Sequence record: PP886230
Origin: Escherichia phage vB_EcoM_E9.1
Direction: 5' to 3' (one strand)
DNA length: 64,000 bases
The notes under the pieces are model-generated. The model was given only the letters and a program-made list of their open reading frames with translations. It searched no databases and had not been told where the DNA came from. Positions 30,627 through 39,762 of the stretch are shown one piece after another; the first letter of the stretch is position 1; the number at the start of each line of letters is the position of its first letter. The position numbers and the translations under genes were made by a program.

Positions 30627-30718
30627 AATTCCTCACCAAACTATTTGTTATCAAAATATTTATAGATTAGTTATTTGCAATATTTTAAGTACTTAATGAA
30701 TATTTTTATAAAAATAGT

Positions 30719-30746
30719 GAGACAACTTTAAAGTTTGTGCTATAAT
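30719..30746 (+). promoter_or_regulatory. early sigma70-like promoter (GAGACA-N16-TGcTATAAT) driving a noncoding region
   Basis: GAGACA 30719-30724, 16-nt spacer, TGc-TATAAT 30738-30746; no ORF downstream for about 450 nt. Confidence 0.55.
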
Positions 30747-30752
30747 GTTTGT

Positions 30753-31207
30753 TGTAGTAATGACAATCCTGTTGAATGCAGAAATGCATATAAATTAGAA
30801 CCTGATCCTATCGAAAATGTAGATGGCAGATGAGCAGTTCAACAGTGCGATGAGCAAAAGAAACCCGTTAGATGTGGGCATAGTTTGAACCCCTCACGGC
30901 AATGCGGCTCAATAAAGAACTCCGATAAGCATACAGAGAGTTCCTAGATAGACATATAAGGATCGCACCTTACCAGATTTGCTAAGGGAGTTTATTAAGT
31001 GATTTTAATAAACAGCCTGAAGTTTGATTGTATAGACTTTCAGGTGAGTGTCAGGATGATTAAGACTGACGACCGTTGCACATGACTGCGATAGAGAGAA
31101 ACAGAGCAACCCGCTTTCGTTCTTAATATATTTTTAAGAAATTCGCAATACAATAAATGCTGAAACCATCAGCGTCAAGAAATAGAGACTTCATTGTCTC
31201 TTTTTTA
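30753..31207 (+). ncRNA. candidate structured noncoding RNA, about 450 nt, class unknown
   Basis: No ORF longer than about 28 codons on either strand; visibly more G+C than the flanks; several hairpins including a GAAA tetraloop (30776-30789); bounded by a promoter and an intrinsic terminator. Confidence 0.45.
31184..31207 (+). terminator. intrinsic terminator ending the candidate RNA
   Basis: AGAGAC-ttcatt-GTCTCT followed by T-run 31201-31206; a second GC hairpin CCCC-tgc-GGGG lies at 31214-31235. Confidence 0.65.
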
Positions 31208-31425
31208 TTGTCTTCATTCCCCTGCGGGGGGATGAAAATGTCCTCAACAAATCCCGTCAAGTATTAAATCTTTTAAAGTTCTTTATAATTAATTTAATTA
31301 AATGAATATGAGTTACGTAGTAACGAATATTCTTCAGCTAACGAATGAAATGAGTTAGATGAATCCAATAATATTAAAATTAATCCTTTCATAATTCAAT
31401 TCAAATAATTCTGTAGTTTAAAACC

Positions 31426-31451
31426 AAAAAAAACCAGCAACAATGTGCTGG
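31426..31451 (-). terminator. intrinsic terminator for the minus-strand operon
   Basis: On the minus strand CCAGCA-loop-TGCTGG followed by U8 (plus-strand A8 at 31426-31433). Confidence 0.6.
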
Positions 31452-31462
31452 CTATATGAAAA

Positions 31463-31672
31463 TTAGTGCTTCTCGTTTTGTTTTTTAATTTTTTTATTAA
31501 AAGACTTAACTAATAAGTCTCTATCTATTAATGGCATATTAAGGAGTGTTCCATAGTCAATGTTATCCATATATACAGAACATTCCATTAGTGCATTTTT
31601 GATTTCTGACTTATTCAGTTCTATCTCCTTCAGTACTTCTTGTATTTCTTCAGGAGATGACTGGAGAAGCAT
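31463..31672 (-). CDS. hypothetical protein, 69 aa
   Basis: Track ORF; stop/start overlap with the upstream 278-aa gene. Confidence 0.45.
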   Translation of the reverse strand: MLLQSSPEEIQEVLKEIELNKSEIKNALMECSVYMDNIDYGTLLNMPLIDRDLLVKSFNKKIKKQNEKH

Positions 31673-32508
31673 TACTCGAAAAAATGACTAGGATCATATT
31701 TTAGTCCATCAATTTCCCATTGATGATTACATCCATCACATTCTACTTCCATACTATGAGATACACCAATTTCAAGTACTTCATCCATTTTTTCACGAAT
31801 TAGTTTAAGTACTCCCTTCGATTGTTGTCCAAGCCATTCATTAATAAATTCTTTTTCAACTACTTCATCACCATCTGGTGTTATAATTTTTGCAATAACT
31901 CCACCAATCATATCGAAGTTAAGTTGAGCCATGTTTTCAAATACTTCAGAAAATATTTTTACTTTTTCATCTTTATCAATATCAGCAGTTTCAAGAAACT
32001 TAGTCTTCTGCTGCTCACTGAACATGCGTTCAGCAAACGATGAATATTCTTTCCATGTCAGTGGTCTAAATTCTAAACGTAGTCCATTATCTAAATCAAT
32101 TGATGGGATTTCTTCAAATGCTTGTGCAGTTTCAAGAAGATATGATAGATTACGTTCAAATCGACCTTCTTTTTCACATTCAGGACATACAACGTTAATA
32201 TCATATGTTTCTTCTTTAGAAGCAACTTTAATAGCAATAAGAAGCATTTCAACGTCATTTACATACAACTCATCAGCGTCAATTACATTAGGAACACAGT
32301 TTTCAATAACACGGGATACTGCATCTCCGTTTAGTAACATATCGGGGGTATTAAGTGTCATTTCATCACGTGCACTACGTGCACAAACTCCACATTTGAC
32401 ACCTTTTGGACCTAGAACTCCTTCTTTATAAGGAATAACGCCGTTTGTAACTAACTTAGTACTGATCTCTTCAATTTTAGTGTACTTAGCAAGTGGATTC
32501 ATAGCCAT
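31672..32508 (-). CDS. hypothetical zinc-binding protein with three CxxC pairs, 278 aa
   Basis: CGVC, CPEC and CDGC motifs; divergent from the head operon. Confidence 0.55.
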   Translation of the reverse strand: MAMNPLAKYTKIEEISTKLVTNGVIPYKEGVLGPKGVKCGVCARSARDEMTLNTPDMLLNGDAVSRVIENCVPNVIDADELYVNDVEMLLIAIKVASKEETYDINVVCPECEKEGRFERNLSYLLETAQAFEEIPSIDLDNGLRLEFRPLTWKEYSSFAERMFSEQQKTKFLETADIDKDEKVKIFSEVFENMAQLNFDMIGGVIAKIITPDGDEVVEKEFINEWLGQQSKGVLKLIREKMDEVLEIGVSHSMEVECDGCNHQWEIDGLKYDPSHFFE

Positions 32509-32599
32509 TTTATTAAATCTCCATGTAATAAATGTGTTTTAGTATTTATAAGACTAAAAAAGATTAAATTAAACTAATTTTTATATTCTCTATAGTTTC

Positions 32600-32614
32600 A
32601 TAAATATTTCTATA
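32600..32614 (+). promoter_or_regulatory. late promoter (ATAAATATTTCTATA) for the head operon
   Basis: ATAAATA core about 35 nt upstream of ATG 32639; the identical 15-mer occurs on the minus strand at 19001-19015 upstream of the gp6-like gene. Confidence 0.45.
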
Positions 32615-32638
32615 ATACATCTATTAAAAGGGAATGTT

Positions 32639-34843
32639 ATGGCTGGAACTACAAGTGATTACCTACTCCAGCAGTTGGTTAATCAAACTAAAGATAACAA
32701 CGATAGTTTGAGTGCTATACGTGAGTTATTGGCTGAAAATATAAAAAATGATAGAAAGAAATCCGGTTCTAAAAGTGGAAAACGTAATGGAAGTAATTCA
32801 TCAAGTGCTGGAAACCGTGGCTCTCGAACAAATAACAAAGCTGATGATGGTAAAGAATTTGGAAAAATATTCAAATCATTATCATCTGAAGTATCGAATG
32901 TCGGCAAAACTATGATGAGTACGTCTGCAAACGTTAGCAATGTTGTAAACTCACTAGGAATGAGTGCATCTTCATTTGCTGGTTCATTAGCAATGATCCC
33001 AGGTCCAGTTGGTGCAGCAGCATCTGCATTCAAATTGGTTGCTGACGCTGGTTTAGCAGTTTATAATGTGTTAAATGCACAGCTTGAAGTTTATAATAGA
33101 ATAAACAGTGCTGGTGTCGCTCTATCTGAAGGTTACGGCTCCATATTAAAAGGTGCTGGTGCATCAATGATGAGTATTGATGCATTTGGTGAAGCATTAC
33201 AAACTCATAGTGCCGTTGTTGCACAATTAGATGGTGCATATGGTGATGGTGTTTCTACATTTGGTAAATTATTGGGTACTGTGCAACAAGCACAAAATCA
33301 ATTAGGTTTATATGGTGTTTCTCAAAAAACATTAACTGATTTAACTGCACGTAATATTAAATTCCAAAAGCAATTTGGTGGAAGAGAAATGTTACGTAGT
33401 ATGGATCAAGCAAAAAGTACTGAACAGTTTATCATGAGTATGACTAAGTTCAGTAAAAGTATGGGTGAGTCAGTTGATGCACTATTAAATAAAACACAAA
33501 ACTTAGATAAATCATTAGACACACGTTCAATGCAAATCGCATTACAAAACTATTCTGGATTATCTAGTAAAGCAGCAGTTGCAACATCAAAAGCATTTAA
33601 CGAAGCTGCTGCCAGTATGGGTGATGCTGGTGCAGATTTTCTACGTTTAATTTCACATCGTTTAACTATTGGTGGAGTACCAGATGATTTATTGACTCCA
33701 GTACTGAACCAATTTGCTGATTTAGGTGAGAACTTGGTACGTAGTGGTGTTACTGATTCACAAGAAATTCGCCGTCAACAATTGGAATTTGTTAAAAAGA
33801 ACAAAGAACTAATAAAGCAAGATTTATTAAATCAGATACAATTAGGAAACACTACGGCAGCAACCTTCAACCAACAACTACTTGATATGGAAGCTGCGAT
33901 TAATGATCCTAAGAGTCAACCAGCAGATAAACTAACACAATTCACTGATAGATTCAATAGATGGATTAGTAAAGAATTTACTGAACCATTTAATAAAATG
34001 TATGCAGATACACAAAATTCTATTGCGGATTACCTTACTGATATTGCAGACCGTACTGATGGTGCATGGGAATTTATCGGAGAGTTAGCACTTGATGGTT
34101 TTGGTTTGGTTCCTATTGCGAAAGATGCAGTTGCGTATTTGGATAGGATTGGTGGTGAGTTTGAGCAGTGGTTAGAAGGGTTAGGTACTGAAATTTTTGG
34201 TAGTGGATATAATAAAGTTTCAGAAGCATTTGATAGCTTTATGAATAACCTAATGGATCTTCCTGGTAAACTTTGGGATTCTGTTAAAGGTTGGTTTGGT
34301 GGATCAGACGACAAAGTAAAAGTAGAAAACAATTCTGTTACCGATGGTGCAGAAAAAGTTAATAATTATTTTGAAGAAAAAATGAATTCATTTGGTGATT
34401 ATATTTCTAGTTCATTTGATGGTTTTTTAAAATGGAATTCAAGTAGAAACTTTAAACAACCAAAACCCCTTGATGAATCAGTTGCTGAAAAACTTATTAG
34501 TAGTGGTCTTGAAAATAAGCCAAGAGCAACTGCGAGAATCGAAAAATCTGAACATGTTGCACCATATGTTACCATAACTCCAAAAACTTTTGATAAATCA
34601 GCATGGGGTCCAAATGAACCACCAATTCAAGCTGAACCGGACGATTATGAGGCCATGAAAGCGATGATAAATAGTGGTAGTAGTATGGCAAATGCTAATA
34701 ATAATGCCACAATATCAGAAGACATGAAAGAGTTACTTAAAAAACTTGCTGATGTTAATGAGCAATCTCTATCTGCCGTGCAACAGACAAATAACTATCT
34801 AAGAACTATCTCTGAAAACACTCAAGGTGAGAGAAACAGTTAA
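32639..34843 (+). CDS. hypothetical head-module protein, 734 aa
   Basis: Low-complexity N-terminus and Gly/Ala-rich hydrophobic segments; immediately upstream of the portal gene. Confidence 0.55.
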   Translation: MAGTTSDYLLQQLVNQTKDNNDSLSAIRELLAENIKNDRKKSGSKSGKRNGSNSSSAGNRGSRTNNKADDGKEFGKIFKSLSSEVSNVGKTMMSTSANVSNVVNSLGMSASSFAGSLAMIPGPVGAAASAFKLVADAGLAVYNVLNAQLEVYNRINSAGVALSEGYGSILKGAGASMMSIDAFGEALQTHSAVVAQLDGAYGDGVSTFGKLLGTVQQAQNQLGLYGVSQKTLTDLTARNIKFQKQFGGREMLRSMDQAKSTEQFIMSMTKFSKSMGESVDALLNKTQNLDKSLDTRSMQIALQNYSGLSSKAAVATSKAFNEAAASMGDAGADFLRLISHRLTIGGVPDDLLTPVLNQFADLGENLVRSGVTDSQEIRRQQLEFVKKNKELIKQDLLNQIQLGNTTAATFNQQLLDMEAAINDPKSQPADKLTQFTDRFNRWISKEFTEPFNKMYADTQNSIADYLTDIADRTDGAWEFIGELALDGFGLVPIAKDAVAYLDRIGGEFEQWLEGLGTEIFGSGYNKVSEAFDSFMNNLMDLPGKLWDSVKGWFGGSDDKVKVENNSVTDGAEKVNNYFEEKMNSFGDYISSSFDGFLKWNSSRNFKQPKPLDESVAEKLISSGLENKPRATARIEKSEHVAPYVTITPKTFDKSAWGPNEPPIQAEPDDYEAMKAMINSGSSMANANNNATISEDMKELLKKLADVNEQSLSAVQQTNNYLRTISENTQGERNS

Positions 34844-34854
34844 GGACGAAAATA

Positions 34855-36594
34855 ATGAGTTGGAAACGACATATGACAGTGGGAAGGTCTAAACTATCGA
34901 CCATCCCAAATCAGTCCAGTAATAGCAATAAATCAACAGGAACGAAAACAAATTTCGCTTCCTATCTTCCTGTTGTATATAATGGATTGGCAAACCGTAC
35001 TGAGCGTTATAGTCAGTATGAGCAAATGGACCAAGATCCTGAAATTAGAACTGCATTGAATATAATTGCTGACTTTTGTACCCAAAGTACTGAAGATTTT
35101 GGTTTACCATATAAAATCAAATATAAAGATGACATTGGTGATACTGAAGTAACGACTATTGAAGATCGTTTAGATGCATGGACTGAACAAAATGATTTTA
35201 AAACACGAATGTATGAAATTGTGCGTGGTCTTCTGAAATATGGTGATCAATTTTTCATTCGAGATCCAGAAACATTCGATTGGTATTGGGTAAGCCCCAA
35301 AAATGTTGAGCAAGTATTTGTTAACGAAGCCACTGGTAAAACACCAGTAATTTATTATATACGTGACGTATCATTAAATTTGAAAGATAAAGTTTTTAGT
35401 AACCTTCAAGTAGGATTTGATAAAACCGCTTATCCAGGAGCTATTCCGACAACAATGGGTGGCGGTGGTTCAGTAGCTGCGGGTGGTGCATCTGGTTTTA
35501 CAAGTCAAGGAAATACTGCTGACCCATTCAGTACTAACGGTCAATTAGACGTTATTCCTGTTGGTGCAGAACACGTAATTCATCTAACGCTAAATACAGG
35601 ACAAGATGGGGTATGGCCTTTTGGTACTAGTATACTTGAGGACGTATTTAAAGTCTATAAGCAAAAAGAACTTCTGGAAGATAGTATCATAATTTATCGT
35701 GTACAACGTGCACCTGAGCGTCGTGTATTTAAAATTGATGTTGGTGATATGCAAGCACACCAAGCGATGGCTTATGTTGAAAGATTTAAAAATGAAATCC
35801 ACCAGCGTAGAATACCTTCAAACAAAGGTGGAAGTACTTCATTAATGGATGCAGCATATAATCCATTAAGCATTTTAGAAGACTACTTTTTCCCACAAAC
35901 TTCTGAAGGTCGTGGTTCAGATGTTCAAACATTACCAGGCGGTGATAACTTAGGACAAATTGATGACTTACGTTATTTTAATAATAAATTGATTCGTGGT
36001 CTTCAAATACCAGCTTCTTATCTACCACAAGGTCCAGATGATGGTGGTGTTTCATTATTTGGTGATGGTGCTACACAAGCTATGGCAAGTGAATTGCGAT
36101 TCAATAATCAATGTATGCGTTATCAACGTTTAGTTGCAAAACATTTTGATGCTGAATTCAAAAGATTTATGGTTAAAAATGGATATAACATTAGTACTTC
36201 ATCTTTTGAAGTTATTATGAATCCACCTATTAACTTAGCTTCTTATCGTAAAGCTGAACTAGATGCTAAACTAATTAATACATATCTTCCTCTTAATGAC
36301 TTGCCTTATATGGCGAAACAAACAATTCTTGAAAAAATGGGCTTTTCTAAAGCTGATATTGTTAAGAATGAACAAATGTGGTTACAAGAGAATCCACAAG
36401 ATGGTTCCCAACCTTCTGGTGGTGAAGAAGATTCCGCTGGATTACAGTCTGTTGGTATTGATGCTCCAAATGATCCTGGAATGGATCTTGGTATTGATGG
36501 AGAAGGTAATTTGGAAAGTGCTGATGCCGAATACCAAGAGCAACAGAGTGGAAGTGGTGGTTTCAACCCTAATAATTTAGGCAATTCTTTTTAA
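34855..36594 (+). CDS. 20: portal protein, gp20-like
   Basis: IYRVQRAPERRVFKIDVGDM ... TLPGGDNLGQIDDLRYF matches the T4 gp20 core ([21 protein letters not shown] ... TLPGADNTGNMEDIRWF) as recalled; sits upstream of the protease/scaffold/capsid genes. Confidence 0.75.
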   Translation: MSWKRHMTVGRSKLSTIPNQSSNSNKSTGTKTNFASYLPVVYNGLANRTERYSQYEQMDQDPEIRTALNIIADFCTQSTEDFGLPYKIKYKDDIGDTEVTTIEDRLDAWTEQNDFKTRMYEIVRGLLKYGDQFFIRDPETFDWYWVSPKNVEQVFVNEATGKTPVIYYIRDVSLNLKDKVFSNLQVGFDKTAYPGAIPTTMGGGGSVAAGGASGFTSQGNTADPFSTNGQLDVIPVGAEHVIHLTLNTGQDGVWPFGTSILEDVFKVYKQKELLEDSIIIYRVQRAPERRVFKIDVGDMQAHQAMAYVERFKNEIHQRRIPSNKGGSTSLMDAAYNPLSILEDYFFPQTSEGRGSDVQTLPGGDNLGQIDDLRYFNNKLIRGLQIPASYLPQGPDDGGVSLFGDGATQAMASELRFNNQCMRYQRLVAKHFDAEFKRFMVKNGYNISTSSFEVIMNPPINLASYRKAELDAKLINTYLPLNDLPYMAKQTILEKMGFSKADIVKNEQMWLQENPQDGSQPSGGEEDSAGLQSVGIDAPNDPGMDLGIDGEGNLESADAEYQEQQSGSGGFNPNNLGNSF

Positions 36595-36667
36595 ACATAA
36601 ATAACAGTGTATAAGAATGAGGGTTTATTTTTACCCTCATTTATAATGCATATTTCAAGGAGATCAA

Positions 36668-36895
36668 ATGTTAAAGGACATCTTTGAATCTAGCAGTGAT
36701 TCAATGTACGACCCTGAAGATGATCAGAACGTATATAAAATTACTGATTCCAGAAAACCGAAACTAACATTACAAGTATTAAACAACTTAAGAAAGTACC
36801 GTGAATTTAAAGCACATGAAGAACAACGCCGCAAAAATGTGGTTGCAGTTGTTTATGCCGCTACACCAACTGGTGACGGTTCTGGGTTAATGTAA
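36668..36895 (+). CDS. small prohead-core-like protein, 75 aa
   Basis: Position between portal and protease matches T4 gp67; no motif verified. Confidence 0.4.
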   Translation: MLKDIFESSSDSMYDPEDDQNVYKITDSRKPKLTLQVLNNLRKYREFKAHEEQRRKNVVAVVYAATPTGDGSGLM

Positions 36896-36996
36896 ATCAA
36901 AAATCGCACTTTTTAAAGCTTTTAAAAAAGGCGATTTTATTCAGTACTAAATAATATCATACTTTATACGAATGTAATATATCTATGGAGGATATA

Positions 36997-37845
36997 ATGG
37001 CGAATTTAAAACTACTACAAGAAGCAATTGCGGCGTTTGCAAATGGCGAACAAGATATTGCTGATAAAAAAATGCGTAAGTATTTCGTTGAGCAAGCTCA
37101 AGAAATTAACAAACAACTAGAAGAAAGCATGGAAGATGAAGACGACGATGAAGATTGTGAAGTCGAAGTTAAAGTCAAAGATGAAGAAAAGCTTGACGAA
37201 GATTTTGATGTACAACCAGACGAAGGTCTAAATGCTGAAATCGAATACACCCTTGGTGAAGAAGATGAAAGTGCAGAAGAAGAAGTTGAATTCTCTGCTG
37301 ATGCAGATGGTGACGGTGAAGACGATGTTGACGTTGAAGTGAAAGCTGATGCTGATGTTCCTTCCGAAGACCAATGGGAATCAATCCAAGATGCTTTCCG
37401 TGGCCTACAACAAATGTTTGATGAAATCGGTGACGGTGAAGTTGATCTAGATTCTGAAGAAGAAGTAGAAGATAGCGAAGAAGAAGTTGGCGTTGACGGT
37501 GACGACGAATTTGCTGATGTTGAATTCGGTGATGAAAAATTCGGTGAATCCTTCAAACTAGAAAAAGTTGCTCCAGTTGATAAGAAAGAAAAAGCTGGCA
37601 CTCATTCCAAATCTCCAGTAGCACCAGAAGCTAAATCTCCAGTAGCAGGAGCAGAGCCAGTTAAATTCGCTAAGAAAACTGACCAAGCACCACTACTAGA
37701 CCTAGATGATAAATCTGTTCTACCAAAAGATAGTCTAGATCTTGGTAAAAATGCTCGCGGTGAAATGAAAGATGTTAAAGCACCAAAAACTACTGCATCT
37801 AATTCTAAATCACCACTAAGCAAAGCACAACCTAAACTAAAATAA
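36997..37845 (+). CDS. highly acidic prohead core / scaffold-like protein
   Basis: Asp/Glu-rich low-complexity sequence; preceded by CTAAATAATATCATACT late-promoter motif at 36947-36963. ATG 36997 has a GGAGG SD; the track ATG at 36985 lies inside that SD. Confidence 0.5.
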   Translation: MANLKLLQEAIAAFANGEQDIADKKMRKYFVEQAQEINKQLEESMEDEDDDEDCEVEVKVKDEEKLDEDFDVQPDEGLNAEIEYTLGEEDESAEEEVEFSADADGDGEDDVDVEVKADADVPSEDQWESIQDAFRGLQQMFDEIGDGEVDLDSEEEVEDSEEEVGVDGDDEFADVEFGDEKFGESFKLEKVAPVDKKEKAGTHSKSPVAPEAKSPVAGAEPVKFAKKTDQAPLLDLDDKSVLPKDSLDLGKNARGEMKDVKAPKTTASNSKSPLSKAQPKLK

Positions 37846-37865
37846 ATATCTGAAAGGAGATCATT

Positions 37866-38489
37866 ATGAGTAGTATGATTCGTGAATGGTCTTCATTCAA
37901 TGATTCTAAAGTTGTTTTGGAACATCGTGATAATGGATTTGGTGGGCGTGACTGCTATCTTCGTGGTATTGCTATTCAAGCCGACCAACGAAATTTGAAC
38001 GAGAGAATTTACCCTTTATCTGAAATTACAAGGGCAGTAAATAACATGAACCAGCGTTTAGCTAAAGGTGAAAGCATTCTTGTTGAATGTGACCATCCAG
38101 AAACACTAACTATTAACCTAGACCGAGTAGCAGCAATGATTACTAAGGTTTGGATGGAAGGTGCTAATGGTATGGCAGAAATCAAACTACTTGATACTGC
38201 ACATGGTCAAAATATCCGTAAAATGCTAGAGGCTGGTGTAAAACTTGGTGTAAGTTCTCGCGGTTCCGGTAACGTTGATTATAATGGAATAGTTTCTGAT
38301 TTTGAAATTATCACTATTGATATTGTTGCTCAACCTAGTGCTCCAGAAGCATACCCAACAGCGGTATTTGAATCTCTGATGAGTAAGTACGGATCACCTT
38401 GTAATAGTTCTAAAAAAATCACTGAATCTAAAAAAGTAAATAATTTAGATTCTGAAATATACGATTTTTTCAAGAAATTAAAAGGTTAA
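37866..38489 (+). CDS. 21: prohead protease, gp21-like
   Basis: NERIYP, ECDHPE, KLGVSSRGSGNV and IVAQPSAPEAY match the T4 gp21 pattern as recalled. Confidence 0.7.
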   Translation: MSSMIREWSSFNDSKVVLEHRDNGFGGRDCYLRGIAIQADQRNLNERIYPLSEITRAVNNMNQRLAKGESILVECDHPETLTINLDRVAAMITKVWMEGANGMAEIKLLDTAHGQNIRKMLEAGVKLGVSSRGSGNVDYNGIVSDFEIITIDIVAQPSAPEAYPTAVFESLMSKYGSPCNSSKKITESKKVNNLDSEIYDFFKKLKG

Positions 38490-38555
38490 CATTTTAAAAA
38501 TATAAATATCTGTATGTTGAAGTACAGATATTTCAGTACTTAAAGGAGAGAACGA

Positions 38556-39671
38556 ATGTCTAAATTAGAAAAGCTTCTAAAAGAATCATCTCTTTCTGAT
38601 GAGGCAAAACAGCTAATTCAGGAAGCATGGAATGAAGAAAAGAATACACTAGCCGCAGAGATGCGTGAAGAAATGAAAGGCCGTTATCAGCAAGATTTGG
38701 CTGAACTAACCGAAGGTTTGAATACTATGGTTACTCAAGTCATTGCTGAAGAAATGGGTGCTGTATATGAAGAGAAAAAACGTCTCGTTGAAGATCGTGT
38801 AACTCTACGTAAAACACTAAGCAATTTCTCTGCGTTTTCAAACTCTGTTTTGGCTGAAGAAGTTAAACAAATGCGTAAAGAACGTAAGCATCTTCATGAA
38901 TGCATGGGTAAATTCGTTAATTTTTCTAACGGTATACTAGCAGAAGAGCTAAAAGAATTCCACACTGAAAAACGTCAACTAGTTGAAACTCGCGTTAAAC
39001 TACTTGCTGAAGGTTCACGTCAAATTGCTGAAGCTCGTAATAACTTCATCAAACGTACATCTGAAAGTGCTGCTAAATATATTGCAGAAACCACTCAGAA
39101 GAATCTATATGCGTTGAAACAAGATCTAGTGGAAGCAAAACAAAATATGTTTGGTCGTAAAATCTTTGAAGCATTTGCTCAAGAGTTTAATGTCAAACAA
39201 TTTAATGAAAACTCATTGCTACGTTCCCTAACTGAATCAATTAAATCTAAAGAAGATGAAATTGCTCAAGTTAAGCAAGAACTACATGAAACTGCTAATG
39301 CGGTTAAAGCTGCTAAAACCAAACTACGTATTATGGAAGATGCACAAGCACGTAATGCGATTATGTCTGAACTAGTAAAACCACTAACTGCACAGCAAAA
39401 ACAAATTATGGAATCCCTTCTAGCTACTTCACCTACTGAAAAGCTTAAAGAAGATTTCAGCAAGTACCATAAGTCAGTACTTAACGGTACTAAAGTAAAT
39501 GAATCTGCTACCACTCGTCAAGCAGTTCAGTCTTCCGCTAAGAAAACTCTTGCAGAAGGTAAAGTAATCACTGGCAACCGTCAGGCTATTGTTGAAAGCG
39601 AAGAAATGACCGCTGACGATATGGCATTCCTAAAAGAACTCGATGTTCTTTCAGGTATCAATAAAAAATAA
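38556..39671 (+). CDS. scaffold protein, gp22-like
   Basis: Charged, helix-prone sequence between protease and capsid genes; exact TATAAATA at 38501-38508 upstream. Confidence 0.5.
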   Translation: MSKLEKLLKESSLSDEAKQLIQEAWNEEKNTLAAEMREEMKGRYQQDLAELTEGLNTMVTQVIAEEMGAVYEEKKRLVEDRVTLRKTLSNFSAFSNSVLAEEVKQMRKERKHLHECMGKFVNFSNGILAEELKEFHTEKRQLVETRVKLLAEGSRQIAEARNNFIKRTSESAAKYIAETTQKNLYALKQDLVEAKQNMFGRKIFEAFAQEFNVKQFNENSLLRSLTESIKSKEDEIAQVKQELHETANAVKAAKTKLRIMEDAQARNAIMSELVKPLTAQQKQIMESLLATSPTEKLKEDFSKYHKSVLNGTKVNESATTRQAVQSSAKKTLAEGKVITGNRQAIVESEEMTADDMAFLKELDVLSGINKK

Positions 39672-39709
39672 ACATTTTAAAGCATTTTAATAATCAAATT
39701 TTTCAGTTC

Positions 39710-39727
39710 TATAAATAATATCATACT
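39710..39727 (+). promoter_or_regulatory. late promoter (TATAAATAATATCATACT)
   Basis: Exact T4-type TATAAATA at 39710-39717, about 45 nt upstream of the capsid gene ATG. Confidence 0.55.
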
Positions 39728-39762
39728 GAAAAACGAATATAACATCTTTAAGGAGATATATA

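Noticed and set aside
30753-31207. Protein-coding interpretation of the promoter-to-terminator region
   Set aside because: The longest frames are about 21-28 codons (for example MADEQFNSAMSKRNPLDVGIV) with weak or absent start contexts; structure and G+C enrichment fit an RNA better. A very small peptide cannot be fully excluded.
30753-31235. tmRNA, RNase P RNA, tRNA or CRISPR array identity for the RNA locus
   Set aside because: No GGGG...CCACCA acceptor pairing or T-arm GGTTCGANTCC, no convincing RNase P P4 pairing partners, no cloverleaf, and no direct repeat-spacer periodicity. Class remains unknown.
31822-33239. Plus- and minus-strand ORFs overlapping the 278-aa and 734-aa genes (for example 31931-32431, 32683-33033)
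   Set aside because: Embedded antisense to longer ORFs that have proper start contexts; no independent support.
37098-37823. Ser/Thr-rich antisense ORFs (167, 69 and 73 aa) within the acidic prohead-core gene
   Set aside because: They are the reverse-complement reading of GAA/GAT-rich acidic repeats; a composition artefact.
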